Assembly (NCBI GenBank): GCA_907165135.1
Contig: OU015566.1
Location: forward strand, 7,130,001-7,194,000
Length of the DNA: 64,000 nt
From: Oikopleura dioica
Taxonomy: Eukaryota > Animalia > Chordata
Reading direction: 5' to 3'
In this document: piece after piece, positions 1 through 12,276 of the stretch
How positions within the stretch are numbered: the stretch's first letter is position 1
How the letters are laid out: the number at the start of each line of letters is the position of its first letter
Notes under the pieces: model-generated
What the model saw: only the letters and a program-made list of their open reading frames with translations
Databases searched by the model: none
Told to the model about the DNA's origin: nothing
Position numbers and translations under genes: made by a program

Positions 1-591
1 GGGGTAAAACTTCCGACCGGCCTCTACGTTGGCTTCACAAGTGCTACTGGAGATTTGACAGACAATCACGACGTTGTTTCGTTTAAAATTTGGCAGCTGG
101 ATTCAAAGACTGATGCTGGACAGAGACACGATATGAAACCTGAAGTGCTCAATCTTGCGCCGAAAGAAGCTGTCAAAGGTCAGATTTGAGTTTATTTTAG
201 CAGTAGATTTGAAAGCAAACGGCTTCCTATGGGACTAAAAATAACTCCTGCAGATGTTTCATTTTCGAAATCATAAAAATGTAAATTTTTCCATTCGGAA
301 TTCGAATTTTAGATCAATTTCATTCTCATAATGACGAAAATCTTATTTGAGCTGATTTTATATCACAAAATCGAACCACCATTGACCTTATTCAACCCCC
401 TTGACCTAAATCTCCGAACAATCTTCAGAATAAACCAGCCCGGCTATTTATTTACCCCCTTTTCAGACAAATCATCCTCCGGTGGAGGCTGGGGCTTCAT
501 CACATTCCTCCTGATCCTGGTTATCGGTGGCGGAGTTGGCTTCTACTACTACCAAGAACGAGAAAAAGCATCTGCCAAGCGCTTTTATTAA
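1..591 (+). CDS. LMAN2: 3' end of an L-type lectin cargo receptor (VIP36/LMAN2 family); exons <1-178 and 467-591
   Basis: Frame 1 reads GVKLPTGLYVGFTSATGDLTDNHDVVSFKIWQLD, the L-type lectin sugar-binding loop. A GT-AG intron (179-466) joins it in frame to a TM helix and the C-terminal KRFY* tail typical of LMAN2/LMAN2L. Confidence 0.9.
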
Positions 592-741
592 TTTTAGACT
601 TTTGATAAAAACAATTGATTGAACACCAAAACCTTCATTTTCCTATCTTGTGAAACTGCTTCTTTCAACAACCTGTAACTAAAGCCAAACTGTATCCCAT
701 TCATGTTCCTTATTTAGAATTCTATTTTTTATCATTCTCAG

Positions 742-1182
742 AAATGCTCAAAACAAGCTAAAGCGAAAAGTTACACTTACGAATATCTACCAACATCCCC
801 AGAGGTCGACCCTTACGCCCTTAAAACATCGTTCAATCATAATGATATCCTCACAATTGCTACTCGAGTCAATAATCTTTTAGATGATTCCTTACAAATG
901 AGATATCCTAAAAATTTTCAAGAAGAACTGGTCGATTTTTCTAGGCTAGCCAAATCTATGGCGGGCAAATTCTATCGTTAGGGTTTTGGAAAAATCAGAG
1001 ATCGTGAATGCTCTCAAAAGCCAATCAAACCGACCGTTTTCTTTAATTTGGCCACCATTGACCTACTGGGTTCAGAAATTCCTCCCCTCATTGTGCAATA
1101 CCTGCCTTTTAGTACCAAAAAAAGTTCACAAACCAAAAAATTATCGATTCAAAAATTAAATATGCTCTCAAGTGTCTTTTAA
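742..1182 (+). pseudogene. Possible coding relic: 147-codon frame with one internal TAG (979-981)
   Basis: The frame starts after a TTCTCAG acceptor-like site and reads KCSKQAKAKSYTYEYLP...AGKFYR*GFGKIRDREC...NLATIDLLGSEIPPLIVQYLPF...SSVF*. No family recognised. Confidence 0.3.
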
Positions 1183-1357
1183 TTCTCTATCGATTCTAGT
1201 TAAAATTTTTATACCGACTGTGTTTATTAACAATAGCAATAGTATGTGACAGTAACATTAGCGCGTAATTCTTACTGTAGTGTGGTGAGACCTTCAACAA
1301 CCAAATAAATTCGAAAAAATGCCAATTTTCTCTTGTAAAAAAGTTTTATTTTTGAGG

Positions 1358-3241
1358 ATGACGGATGAGTCGCGACGCTCGTTCCTCAGACAGTTGCAGG
1401 AGCATCCTGATCGTATGATATTATCGGAGTTGATCCTCAAGCGAATGCCGATGGACGCGCTTGCATGGCTCGCTCCGAATGTTTTGGAGGGCGTCAACGA
1501 ACAAGGCGACTGTCGTTTCGATGATCTGGCGGGCTTTGATTTCTGTCAGACGTTTCTCAATCAGCACTACAAACGCGATTCAATTCTCGAGCTCGTCGGG
1601 AAAGAATTTGAAGCAGAGAAAAAGTCAAAGCCGGATCGGCTCTCTGATGTGATGAAGATTGTACAGAAGCGCCATGATTTGAAGTACAACAAGAAAAAGC
1701 TTGAGCCGAAGGCGACGATTGAGTTCGATTCTACTGATCCTGTCGTAAGATTTGCTGGATCATATGTAAGAGAACGCTTCTTGCCGTTTTGATTTAGTCG
1801 ATTCTTTTAGCTATTTACCGGCAAAAAATGCAAGCCGAAAGGACTTGACTTGCAAGCAGCTCGAAGCAATCTTCTCCTTTTCAATATTAACCGAGAAAAT
1901 GACGATCGTTTGCCGAAATTTCAACTTGTCGACTATTCGCCACTGGATCGGCGCCATCATCCTGACCGGCATGCGTTCCGTCCTGTTCATCAATCCGCGT
2001 TTAATCCTGCCGCTGGTGGTATTTTCCTCGACTCAGTTGTTCTTGGACAATCATTCATGGACAGAGTCTTTAGGGTCCACAGCGTTACGACAGGTGTAAA
2101 ATGTTTTCAAGATTAGTAATTTAATAAACTAATTGTTTAGATGTCCTCGAAGACAAAAAGGTTATGTTGGAGGATGAAACTTTCGAGGATATGGAATTTA
2201 ACTACTCTCGTCAACGTTGTTGGCGAGATTATGTAACGAATCCTGAAGAAAGTCTTCATCCGATGATTCAGCGTCCTCAATACGACCCCGACCTCGCAAA
2301 CTCCCCAGAAGAAGCAGAAGTAATAGAAAAGAGAGCAATGGAAAATAAAAATAATCCATTTGAGAAAGCGGTCATTGACTTCTATCGTTTCTCTGGTGAC
2401 AAGCAAGAGGTTGCCTGGAGTTTCGATTTCAGCCTCCTGAAAGATAAATACGATGATATTTATGCAAGATTTATCGATGAAGGTCAATGGTTCATTGTTG
2501 CATCTTCGGAGGATGAAAGTTTGCCGACGAAAGTGTACCACTGTGACTTACAAAAGAAAGAAGTCAATCAATTTTCCTTCCCCGAAAATGAAGATTCAAT
2601 GAACTACAACTTCTCAATGAGATTTTTCGGAATCTACAAAGGCCTCATCTACTATTCAAGAGTCGTAGAAGTCTCTGATGAGGAGTGGGGGTCGCACGAC
2701 AGATTTCTTTTTGGATACTTGAAGAAAGAAAGCAGAAAGCGCCATTTTGATGCTGATGAATGTGATGACGCTCTAAATGAAAGGATTGATATTTTATGGC
2801 TGATAACTTATCGGTTTTTGCCTAAAATAGGGTTTCTCTTAAATTTAGACTCAGAATATTTCTTTTATCCTCAAAAAGGTGAATCTCTGCTTTCTGGAAT
2901 ATCGAAGTGATACGCAGCTCCATGTTGAAGTAAAAATAGGTGCCAACGGCTTCGTTCACTTTGCTTTGGTTCCGCCGAAAGTCTACACCTTTTCCATCGA
3001 AGACATCAAAAAGAAGATTCCAAAAGCTGAAAAACGATCCAGGAAGATTGATCAGAATGACACCGAAGAAATTACCCTGCCATGCATCAACCTCCGTAAG
3101 ATGTTTTTCCTTATCTCTCTCTCTCAAGAAGTTTCAGAGGACTTTTGCATTCCAAAATACCGAGATCTGAGTGAGAATCTTCTTCCTTGGCAATCCGATG
3201 TTGGATACGTCGAAGGCAAAAAGTTCCATCTTCTTGTGTAA
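1358..3241 (+). CDS. Unknown multi-exon protein, tandem paralogue copy 1; N-terminus weakly F-box-like
   Basis: ATG at 1358 (MTDESRRSFLRQLQEHPDRMILSELILKRMPMDALAWL). GT-AG introns join ORFs 1319-1792, 1850-2116, 2164-2910 and 2879-3241, ending ...GYVEGKKFHLLV*. The junction at about 2790-2880 is unresolved. Confidence 0.7.
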
Positions 3242-3488
3242 AGCTCCCAGTTTACTACTGGTGCCCAAAGAAAGTCCATCTTCTTCAAAAGTTTGGAATC
3301 TCAAACCGACCATTTTTCTGCCTCTTTTATTGAAACCAAATGAAGTTTTTTTCTCATATTCTCCGACATAAAAATGACATTTTCTGCTCTACCCTGCCGT
3401 TCCTGACTTTTTCATTGGTCATTATATACGAATTGTCGTTGAGATAAATAAGTGGAGATCTTTCGTAAATAATGTTTAATTTTTGAGG

Positions 3489-5546
3489 ATGACGGATGAG
3501 TCGCGACGCTCGTTCCTCAGACAGTTGCAGGAGCATCCTGATCGTATGATATTATCGGAGTTGATCCTCAAGCGAATGCCGATGGATGCGCTTGCATGGC
3601 TCGCTCCAAATGTTTTGGAGGACGTCAACGAAGAAGGCGACTGTCGTTTCGATGATCTGGCGGGCTTTGATTTCTGTCAGACGTTTCTCAATCGTCACTA
3701 CAAACGCGATTCAATTCTCGAGCTCGTCGGGAAAGAATTTGAAGCAGAGAAAAAGTCAAAGCCGGATCGGCTCTCTGATGTGATGAAGATTGTACAGAAG
3801 CGCCATGACTTGAAGTACAACAAGAAAAAGCTCGAGCCAAAGGCGACGATTGAGTTCAAACGTTCGAAATTAGACGTCAGATTCTCATCATCATATGTAA
3901 GAAAGATTCAATCTTTTGTGATGATGTGTCGCTTTTAGCTTTTTACTGGCCAATATTTCAAGCCACAAGGATTGGACTTACGAGCAGCTCGAGGCAATCT
4001 TCTCCTGTTCAAAATCAATCGAAATAATGAAGAATGCTTGCCGAAGTTGGACCTTGTTGACTATCGCCCAGGAGATGAGCATCACTTTCCCAGGAGGAGA
4101 CCATTCACGCCGCTTTATCGCTCCGCTTTCAATCCTTGCACTGATGGTGTTTTCCTCGATGACGTTGTTCTTGGAAAACCACACCAAGAAAGATTGTTTA
4201 GGGTGTCTAGCGTTACGACCGGTAAATATTCAGTCATCTATTAAACTGATTCTTACTCCATTGAATTCTTTAGATGTTCTGAAAGATAGACGCGTCATGT
4301 CGGATAACATGGGAGGTCTAGATGGTAGATTCAAACGTATGGAATTTAACTTCTCTCGGCAGCGGGCTTGGAGAGATTATGTCTCAAATCCGGAAGAGAG
4401 TCTACATCCGATGATCCGGTGTAATCGAACGGGTCCAGTGCGAGCTAACTCCCCGGAAGCAATAGAAATGGAAAGACAAGCAGAAGAAGAAGAGAAAAAT
4501 CCGTTCCAAAAAACGGTCATTGATTTCTATCGGTTCTCCGGCGACAACGAAGAGGTTGCTTGGAGCTTCGATTTCACCCTACCAAAAGATAAACAATACT
4601 ACGAGTTTAATATGGAAGCAAGATTTATTGATCAATGTCATTGGTTGATTACTGCAAGATCGTCGCTGAAGAGATCGCTCGTTGAAGAGGACGACGATGA
4701 TGAAGATGAAGAAAACGACGAAGATTCACCGGATTTTTCTCAACCGCCTAATTTAGTCTATCACTGTGATTTGAAATCAAAAGAAGCCACCCTTTATTCG
4801 TTCCCTGAGGACGAAGATTTATTCAACGAAGATTTATTCAACAGAAATTTCGGAGTCTTCAAGGGTGAGGTCTACTACACAAGGGACATAGACGGCGCTA
4901 AATATTCCCGTGCGTTTGGAACCTTGAAGAAAAAAGCAGAAAAAGACGCCTCGATACAGAAGAATCTGATGATCCCCTAAATGAAAGGTTAACGAAATTC
5001 TTGTAAAGCTTTAATAAGTAAATAGAAATTATATGTTTCTTAAAGATAGATTTCATTCTTCCGAAGCAGTCCAAACATTTCCTTAACCTTTTGAAAAGAA
5101 TGATCTGTGCTTCTTTGAATATCCGAAGCTCAAAGATCTCAAGGTACGGTTTAAACTTGGCAGCAATGGGTTCGTCCATCTTGTCTTGCTTTCGGACGAC
5201 GATTCTCGTTTTTATGAGTTTTTATGTAAGTTTACACCCGAGCTCATCCGTCATGTCGGTGAGCCGTATGAAGGAACTGTCGAGATCTATACTTTCACCA
5301 TCGACAACATCAAAGAAAAGATTTTATCATCTGAAAAACGATCGAAAATCAACAAAGATGGCACTCAAGAAAAAACATTGCCAGTAGTATGCCTAGGTAT
5401 CGAGCATTTCATCACTCTTTATTAATAAAATATAAAATTTAGAGGACTTCCGCATTCCAAAATACCAAGATTCGCGCGAAAATCTACTTCCTTGGCAATC
5501 CGATATTGGATACGTCGAAGGCAAGAAGTTTCATCTTCTTGTCTGA
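3489..5546 (+). CDS. Unknown multi-exon protein, tandem paralogue copy 2, with an apparent -1 frameshift in the A-run at 4930-4935
   Basis: Same exon layout and start as copy 1, ending ...GYVEGKKFHLLV* at 5546. Against copy 1 (AAG AAA GAA AGC AGA), copy 2 lacks one base in the A6 run. Confidence 0.65.
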
Positions 5547-5789
5547 ACAATTTCACAGTTTACAATTGCAAGTTACTGCCTAAGAGCGTCCACCTCTACT
5601 TCAGAATCTACCTTGAGTGTTTTCCTGCTATTTTTATTGAAACTAGATGCACTATTTTACTCACATTCTCCGACATAAAAATGACATATTCTGCTCTACC
5701 CTGCCGTTCCTGACTTTTTTACTGGTCATTTTATTCAAATTGTCGTTGAGATAAGTAAGTGGAGATTATTGGAAATTTTCAGAGATAAA

Positions 5790-6809
5790 ATGTCGAGCTG
5801 TAAGTTTATCGCAATGACGAGCGGCAAATGTCCGGGAATTTGGAGCTTTTCGGAGTTTCAAATGCAGATTATGATGGAAGAGGATGAGGGAGACATGTAA
5901 GTTTCGCCTTTTTTGAGGAACCTTGGTTTTCTTTGGGAGTGAGAGCCTCACCTTAAAATTAAGGGGACAGTGGAAGTACTTCAAAACACGAGAGGAAGCT
6001 CGGGATCATCTTTATAAGCACAAAATCCCAGGTAAAATTCCTACCGAAGAGTCTCTCTTCAAAATCTCATTTTAGCGCTGTACGAAGATGGCGAAGCAAT
6101 CGAAGCATATCCACTCAATCGTTTCGCAGACCCAGTCAAAGGATTGCCGGTATGAAACGGCAATCGATAGCTCAAACTCATGAACCTGATTTAGACTGAC
6201 ACATTCTACGAAGGACGCGACAATCGAACTTGGATTTTGGATGACGAAGGCTCTCACGTGGTTTACTGCTCGATCATCAAGAAGGACGAAGAATATGGAC
6301 TCGGGTTGCACTGGGGAAACGACCTTGAAATAGCGCTACCGATTCATTCTATTCACGCAAACAGATCTATGGACGCACTTATTGCAGAGGTCATCGGGGT
6401 TGAGGTAAAACTACAGCTGAATTATTTTGCAAATACCGATGAAAAAATTTAGGGCGCTTTGCGAGATTCCCTACGTCTTGGCAAAAATCGCGTCACTGTT
6501 CGATGCGATTCCGAGCACGCAGTAACCAAATTGAACAAAGAACTCCAGCTGGGTGTCCAGTTCACAGGAGAATTGGGCAACTACAGAAACGGGAACTTTG
6601 GACGAAAAGTGGCGCCGGAATGGTATGAAGTTTTGAAGCTAGCGAACGCGCTGATGAGCTTGAAGATCGAACGCGTCGACAATACCGACAAGAATTATCA
6701 CCGAGCGCGCAAGCTGGCTCACGAAGGAAGGCAGATGATGAAGGTCTCGCTCGACAGAGTCCACAAGACTCAAACCAGACCAAAACGAAACAACAAAAAC
6801 AAGAACTAG
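5790..6809 (+). CDS. RNase H1-like protein (hybrid-binding domain plus RNase H fold), predicted catalytically dead; 5 exons, 271 aa
   Basis: Exons 5790-5896, 5964-6031, 6076-6149, 6195-6404 and 6453-6809 are joined by GT-AG introns of 67, 44, 45 and 48 nt into one frame. HBD-like segments: KFIAMTSGKCPGIW and WKYFKTREEARDHL. RNase H-like segments: VVYCSII..YGLGLHWG, LIAEVIG, VTVRCDSEHAV, NYHRARKLAHEG. Confidence 0.8.
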
Positions 6810-7182
6810 ACCTGTTCTCTTTCTAGCTCACATTTTTACATTCACGGCAAAGAACCTATTTTATCTAACTTTTTTATTTCACTCTTGCTTATTCCAAAAA
6901 CTGCTGAAAACAGTATCACCTCACCGCCTAGGCCTATCTTCACTGAAATTTTTATCGTAAATAAATAATTATCTAATAGATAAAATTAACAGAAAAGAAG
7001 ACAGCTTTTTTGTTTTGTTTTCAATATATTTTGGTATCTTTGGAGCAATTACTGTAGGAGGCAGGTTTTACTGTACAGTGGCCGAATTTCGAGATCATAA
7101 TACGCGTAAAAGGAAAAATAATGAGCAAGGATATTTTCATATTTCAGTTTTACAAAGAACTTAATTTGAAGAATTACAAGTA

Positions 7183-7569
7183 CAGTCGGAGTCCAAAATA
7201 AGGGACTTTTTTTGCTCCAAAATTTTCGAAAAAAGTCCCTTAAATTGGGTCATCAAAGCAAAAAATATGTCGCTGCCAAATTTTTTCTAAGTATATTTTA
7301 TGCGGCAAAATAAGCTAAAGTCATTGTTTTTGTGGTTTTCATGGCATTTTTGAAAGAGGAAACCATATACTGAAAGGCAAATCACTTCAGTTTGCGGCAA
7401 AACTGGTTAAAATCAAGGTTAATGATACCATTTATCGGCTCTCAACTAACCGAAAAGGCAAACTTATCTCAGAAAGTCCCTTAAATTGGATTTTTTTCTG
7501 CCGCTGATTTTCGGCATTTTGAGCCAAAAAGTCCCTTATCTTGGTGTCCCTTATTTTGGACTCCGACTG
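7183..7569. mobile_element. Tc1/mariner-type MITE, 387 bp
   Basis: Perfect 23-bp TIRs (CAGTCGGAGTCCAAAATAAGGGA at 7183-7205, complement at 7547-7569), flanked by TA on both sides. No ORF. Confidence 0.85.
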
Positions 7570-7618
7570 TAGTGGAAGAATTTCGATAGGATACTTTTTG
7601 GCAGGGTAGTAGATGAAA

Positions 7619-8940
7619 TTAACCGATGATGACCATTGTCGTTGGCTTGGTGGCACGGAAGTCGACGGTGAAATGATTGTCGATGATTTCAGAGAGCACT
7701 TTCTTGAATTTTCCGGGCGTCTTGTGAGTTGTGCGGCGGGAGAAATCGTATTTTAAGAAGGCATACGACTCATCGACTTCGCAAAGGGGATCAAACAGCT
7801 TCCATGCCTAGAAAAATGTTTGAAATTGGGGTTCTAGAGCTTTTAGCTTACCTTTCGTCGAGTACAGACGGTATGAACGAGGTCTTTGATGAACGGAAAC
7901 TCCTGTCGAAGCATTGCCTTTGTTGGTCCTTCTGCCATGGGTTCTATAAATTTCATCAATCTTTCGAAAGTTAGGTTTTTCATTTACCAGGAAGATGTTC
8001 GTCTAATCCAGTGATCTGATGATTTGGTAGTCCCTCGCTCAGAAGATGTTGGTAGTGGTCTTCGTGGAAGACAAGGATGACATTTCTTGCGACCTTGGTC
8101 AATGATGATTTTTAAATTCGAAGGAAAAGATGAGAATTTACCTCGCCGAATTGAGGCTCATTGACTGCCGCCGTAATATCGCGAAGGAGAAGAGCACGGG
8201 ACTGTGTGAATTCCTTGGGATCGAAATCGACGATATCATTAACATTGATGCTTTTCTCGGGCTCGGGAGAGAAAAATTGATTGATGAATGCCTAAACGAG
8301 CCCTTTCCTGTAAGGATCGGCGACAGACGACTGGAGAATGATCCTCATTTTGACCAGCTGATTTGTTTGCTCGCCTTTCTCATCATTTCGGTAGAAGAAG
8401 ATTTCGAAGAAAGGATTCCAGTAGATTTGGCCGTAGTGCTCGCGATAGAATTGCCCTTTTTTGCTTATCAATTTGATTTATGGAAAAAACAGCAAAAACT
8501 TCTATGAAAAATCATCGGAAACAAAATTACTCATCAAAATTTGTTTGATAAGCATTCCTTTGTGGACAGGACCGAAGAAGAACTGATGCCCGTTTGGAGT
8601 CACGTAGCTCGGCATTGTCATATCTCTGGTAACTTCATCCATCTTTCTTCCTTGATATTTCTTCTCTAAAAACGCAAATTTACGAATGAAACATTCTACC
8701 GAAAGAGTTGTTTTCAAACCTCCCGCGCCGCAACAGCGCCACTAGCTGACTGATAATCAGTGGAAACTCGGTGGTTCAGAAATAGAATGCGATAATCTCT
8801 TCCTTACCTTCTCAAAATGGTCAAGTTGGCGATCATCGAAATGAGAAACTTCCCACCGAAGCAGATTCTTTTATACCGACTTCGATAAATCCAGATTGAA
8901 ATATTTTGGTGTTGAGTTTTTCAACCTCGTCACGAGATAA
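7619..8940 (-). CDS. Unknown multi-exon protein; 5' end uncertain
   Basis: Minus-strand GT-AG introns join ...QFYREHYGQIYWNPFFEIFF..., AFINQFFSPEPEK..., VARNVILVFHEDHY..., EPMAEGPTKAML... and AWKLFDPLCE...TMVIIG* (TAA at 7619-7621). No family recognised. Confidence 0.6.
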
Positions 8941-10008
8941 CCTCATCAATCTCATCAGCTCGCATCTGAAATTTCAAGCAATTTTAAATGTTGTTCATAT
9001 CTGCCCTTCGAGGAAGTTCCTTTTCTCGTAGATAAAAGAATATATGATCCTGTTTTTAATTCTTTATGGGATGCGCTAATTTGAAGCGTACTTAACTCGA
9101 CATTTTTGGTGCGCCCGGCAAAATATAAAAACCGATTTCAATTTGAACTCAATTCAAACACACTTTTCAGAAACATGCAACTTTCGAAAATTTTCTTTTT
9201 CGCGGCTCAGATTATCTTCGGAACCGGTAACTTATGCGGCATAAGTTATGCCTCTTTAGGATTGACCGACCAAATTTTCAGAAGGAGCAGCTAACTTTGG
9301 GCAGTCAATGAATCCCATTGAACTTTGGCTGAGTTCAAGGTAACAGATAAATTCAGGGCAATGATAACGGGTACCATTCCGTAGGACGAAAAGAATGGTT
9401 GGCAATTTTCCTCAAATTACTGATTATCTCGCTGGTAAGCCAGCTAATATTTCCAAGAAAATTTTGAACAGTTTTAGCACGCAATCATAATAACAACTCC
9501 ATGAAAAGTTTCTACCAACGCTTCAGCATGGGATGTCTACCAGATGATGATGACTGCCAGTATTAATGTCAGCAATAACAATCTTTTGAAAAGTCTTCAT
9601 TTTTCTTTGTATCACAATGTTTAACTTTATTGTCAATTATAGACTCAATAGAAATAAACTCAATGCGATGATGAATTTGCTCTACTACTAGAAAGGTAGT
9701 AGGGGGAAATCTAAGGTTTATTTTTCGAGAACATAATTTTTTCGGTGGAAAATGCTTAATAGTTCTGCATGTAGCCTAGTTTTTATGGTTTCTGTCGAAA
9801 AAAAGTAGACACTTCGAAATATGAAAATTCTCCGGATTGACGCATACCGGGGGATACCGCACTAGATGGTTGAAACAAGTGCCGTAAACATTCTTTTTCT
9901 TGTAGTAAAACCTGCCTTGGGCATTTGGAAGGTTTCTAGGTCAACCTCTGAATTGAGGTCAAAAAGAAATTCTCTAACTTTTCGTTAACAAAAATTTGGG
10001 TGTAGGAA

Positions 10009-10249
10009 GGCTACGTTCGAAATTTTGAACGCCATTCGCCGTTCGAAAAAATTATAAAAATGCTTATTAAAATGAGCTCGTATGCGCTCCGCACCTGATT
10101 TGTTTGAAAACTCTCTCATAAATTATAATGATGACCACTTGTTTTACTTACACGATCCGAATGATTTCAGCTCATATTTCAGTGAAGATTTTTAAGAAAT
10201 TTCGAACGCCGTTCGAAAAATGGGCCAAAAACCGAATTCGAACGTAGCC
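10009..10249. repeat. Small inverted-repeat element (MITE-like)
   Basis: 13-bp inverted repeat GGCTACGTTCGAA / TTCGAACGTAGCC, with internal GAACGCC..TTCGAAAAA repeats. No clear TSD. Confidence 0.5.
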
Positions 10250-10714
10250 GCCCGCCACCCAAAAACGAACAGCCACCTAAATCAGTAGCAGAATTCTTTG
10301 TTTGAATCGCTACAAAAATCCATGTCCTTAATTATTTTCTCACGAGCGTAAATATAAATTATTTTACTTTTATTTTTGCGGATAGATTCTTTTCGTTAGG
10401 ATCTGTTCAGATCATATTCAGGAAAATAATTGTTGCCTCTAGTTTAGCCGCTAGACAGCTTTAAAAATCTCGGAAAACCAAATTTGTGATGTGTTTTCTA
10501 CCTGCAGCGAATAATGTCAAGAAGTGTCTATTTTTTAGCAACCGTACCGTAATTTAGATCGGAAGCTGTCTATTTGTCGGCAGGACGCTTGTCTTGCTTG
10601 TCCCACCACTGTGTGGCGCTCGAAAATAATTCTCCATATAATCGTAAGCGATCACGAAAAAAACCATATTCAGAGAGAATCTGATAATCCTAGCTGAAAA
10701 CGGGAAATATCAGA

Positions 10715-11908
10715 ATGAAGGTAAAGACTAAACCGTATAGTGAAAGATGAAAAACCGTCAATAATTCTCACTAAATTGTGAAAAGCTGACAGATTATTAA
10801 ATTGTTATAGGGTTTGGCCGCTTTCGTTGCTGCTGCAAGTGCTTATAGCTCCTATGACTACTACGACTACTCTAGTTCCTCCAGCATGGACGGCACATAC
10901 AATGACTGTGGCGGAGACATTACACCTGACCAGACGATCATCGCCCCCACAAAAAACGGCATCTACTACAACAACCTGTTCTGCCCCTGGTACATCGAGC
11001 TTGATGCCTCGGTCACGTCGTTTGAACTCGTCGCAAGAACCTTTGATGTCGAGTATAACAGTGACTCCTGTGCTGGCTGCAGCTGCGACAGGCTGCACGT
11101 CAAGTTCACAAACGCTGACGGAAATGACGATGAAGTGAATTTCTGCGGCCCAAACGATCTTCCTTCTCGGCGACGACGAAACGCGGTAGGCCGCGGTTAT
11201 GCTAATCCAGTCGTCACTGGATTGGACAGATTCACCGTCTACGGGAACACTGCTGACTTGACTTTCTACACGAACAACGCCACCGGATACGGAGGATTTC
11301 AAATCGATGTGAATATTTTAACAACAGGAAAAGGTTAAGATCATTTTCATCACCCATTCGCATATATTTTGAGGCAAAATTCTTAACCCAAGCAGAATCC
11401 GACGCCCTGTCCCCAGCTGACGCTTGGGCCGAGATTGAAGCAAAGGCTGCCGATATTTCCAGTTTAGTCCACGACTTCTACGCTGATCTTCATCACCTCG
11501 GCTCTGAATCAAAGCTTGCGAATAGGAAGGCTCGCCAATTCGATCATTTTTTCAAAAAGATGAAAAATCTCGAGGTAAGGGTCATACAGCCTAAATTCGC
11601 TAATATCTTATGTATTTTTCATTAAAATTCATAATTTTCACAACCCTTTTTCTTAGAAAAAATCTTCCGCTGATGCCTGCGACTATCCCGTTGGCTCGAA
11701 CGATCACTCTGCTTTCCTCTCACCCATCGATTCCGACGACGCTTGTCAAGAATTGCAAGGACTTTTTGACTCTCTCTTGTCTTACGCTGATTCCTTCGTC
11801 TGCCTAAAAGACGAAAAGGAAAAAGTTGGAAGAGTGCTCAACCCTATCTATCGACAGAGAAACGCGATTACTTCTAAGAGACTCAAGCAGATGAACTGTG
11901 ATAATTAG
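10715..11908 (+). CDS. Secreted CUB-domain protein with a C-terminal Cys-containing helical domain (oikosin-like)
   Basis: Exon 1 ATGAAG|GT (10715-10720) splices to 10811, giving signal peptide MKGLAAFVAAASA. The CUB fold reads CGG..II..Y.NN..C.W.I...F..FDVE...C..D.L...FCG...F.TN....GGF. Two more exons end ...KRLKQMNCDN* at 11908. Confidence 0.85.
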
Positions 11909-12238
11909 TTAGAAACTGACTTCTGATTTACTTTATCTGATTTCTGTTCAATGATAATTTTCGACAATATATTATCCGCAAAAGTCAACTGAATATTTGT
12001 AATTTTTCTTTCTATTTTTGAGATTTTCTGGAAAATTCGATGACTATTTTTAAATATCCGGCTGATTAGTTTCTCACGATTTTCTGACGTGTCGGAATTC
12101 TCAGCAGGCCGGACTTCCTCAAGCACATGGGAGCGGGTGTTTTGAGTGAACTTTAGGCATTGAGCAACTTCCCAAGTGCGAATTAGGCTCAGACTTTCAG
12201 AATTAGGAAGCAAGCAATTGAAATTAATCTAGCGCGAG

Positions 12239-12276
12239 TATAAATATAGCTGCTCTCAGCAGAGCAATCAATCAGT
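12239..12276 (+). promoter_or_regulatory. TATA box and TCAGT initiator-like site of the mucin gene
   Basis: TATAAATA at 12239-12246 and TCAGT at 12272-12276, about 33 nt apart and 50 nt upstream of the ATG at 12326. Confidence 0.65.

Noticed and set aside
2790-2880. GA donor in paralogue 1 at the position of a GT donor in paralogue 2 (4989)
   Set aside because: I could not build a consistent in-frame splice for either copy, so the donor assignment is unsupported.
1-6809. SL trans-spliced operon (LMAN2, tandem pair, RNase H1-like)
   Set aside because: The genes share a strand and acceptor-like sites precede the ATGs, but gaps of about 250-770 nt are not diagnostic without 5'-end data.
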